Below are positions 62,620 through 64,000 of a DNA stretch of 64,000 nucleotides, piece by piece. Origin of the DNA: Octopus sinensis (lineage: Eukaryota); the NCBI RefSeq assembly GCF_006345805.1, contig NC_043014.1, positions 44,578,001-44,642,000 of the forward strand, in the 5' to 3' direction. Both the position numbers and the translations under genes were made by a program. The first letter of the stretch is position 1. Each line of letters opens with the position of its first letter. The notes beneath the pieces were generated by a model, which saw only the letters and a program-made list of their open reading frames with translations, was not told where the DNA came from and did not search any database.

Positions 62620-63990
62620 GAAAATATTCATAAAGAAACTTTAATACAGCATTTTTCAAAATGAGTATTTAATGGGATTTGTCTGACAAGAGTACCACTG
62701 ATCTGCTGTTGGTATACTTGCATGCATTCTGCAATGAATTTTCCATCAAACCCCTACATATGTTTCTACATTATTTAGGTATTTGATATAGCAAATCAGA
62801 TGTCTATTTTTACAGTTGTATCTGTAAACATTTTTCTTCCAGTGTTTGTGTTAATACAATCACTAGTATGTCGAAAAACAGTTGACATGTAGCACAAGGA
62901 TTGTCATTACACTCAAATACTTTATTGTTCTTACTTAGATGCAACTTATCTTTTATCAATAGCTGTTTCACAGTTGTGACTTCCTTTGAACACATGTTTG
63001 ATTGGTATTTTAAATCTTTTAATTTATTAATTTATTACTTTGTTCGCTAATGGGTAAGTTTGATTTGGCAATATTAAAAATATTCTGATTACATAGATTA
63101 TGTGTCATTACAAAATGTACCGTATTATAGTCTTGTTTTCCATTTTCTTGAGTTCTTTGAATTCATTTCACATGTATTCATCTTACCGATTTTACAACAT
63201 TTCATACAAATAGAGGTAAATAGTTTTCAATAGAAACCCTTTGAGTTGTTCTTTGATATTTATATCATCAACAATGGTACAAATTCTCAAAACTAAATAG
63301 TATCAAATGTTACATTTTGTAAGTGCTGGATGGCACGATTTAAATTTCAGGTACTGATGTGTGTCTGTATAATATATATATCTGTTGTGATGCTGGTATT
63401 ATTTTAATGTTTATTATGTTGAGAAATAGCAATGTTGTAACAGTACTCATCTTTGTAAATTTCAGGATATCATGTAAACTGTTCAGAAGGATGCTGAATT
63501 GTCCAAATTAGAAAGCAGTCATCAAAAAGTCTTTCTGCTTTCTGATACAGTTTATGTTCCAAGTATCCCATTACTGAGTTTGCATATACTGGAGCAAACT
63601 TGGTTCCCATGGCTGTATCTCTAATTTGTAGATAGTTTTTAATATTAAAAAATATATTATTCTCAAGAATAACACTGATAGTGTCTAACATAAAAACTAT
63701 AATAAATCTAGTAGGAAATGCTTCTGTATGTTTTTTTCAATTCAATATTTGATTGCTGTTTTTTCCTATATAATGAAGAATATTTGTGTAGAGGCTTACT
63801 ACATCAAAACTAATCAATGAATTTGGTTCTGTCACTTTGGATAGATGAGACAGAAAATCAATGACATCTTGAATGAAACTTAGTATGCAGATGCATAGTG
63901 GTTCCAAATAATCTCAACAAGATTACTTAGAATGTGTAAAATGAATGCATGCAGGATAATTTCAAGCAACCCAAGAAAGCAGAATACAAG
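62620..63990 (-). mobile_element. Decayed Penelope-like element (RT plus GIY-YIG region)
   Basis: SFIQDVIDFL..LISFDVVSLYTNI; ILENNIF..YLQIRDTAMGTKFAPVYAN..MGYLE..FDDCFLIWT; downstream CNDNPCATC motif; interrupted by stops and indels. Confidence 0.8.
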
Positions 63991-64000
63991 ACTGGGTAAA

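Overview
AT-rich, repeat-dense animal genomic DNA. The SINE and MITE complement looks like a coleoid cephalopod, probably Octopus; this is inferred from repeat recognition only. One protein-coding gene is well supported: a minus-strand DHHC palmitoyltransferase of the ZDHHC1/ZDHHC11 group. Seven frame-consistent coding exons run from ATG 24103 down to 4313 and give about 297 aa with an intact DHHC-CRD; the C-terminal exons are uncertain. Its first coding intron (16889-23899) has U12 minor-spliceosome signals. A weakly supported small minus-strand gene may lie at about 54.2-57.9 kb. The remainder is four tRNA-derived SINE families (dozens of copies), piggyBac-, hAT-, Merlin- and Helitron-type non-autonomous elements, decayed RTE, CR1, Penelope and Tigger/pogo fragments, and micro/minisatellites. 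Almost all ORFs in the supplied track are microsatellite or SINE artefacts. The most unusual structures are: two unrelated TTAA MITE families both 221 bp long; a Merlin-type MITE carrying TTAGGG repeats with an internally inverted sister copy; a SINE fold-back with a TTAA-delimited 30-bp spacer repeat; SINE tandem arrays sharing one junction; and a 924-bp higher-order repeat. I found no clearly new multi-gene system.
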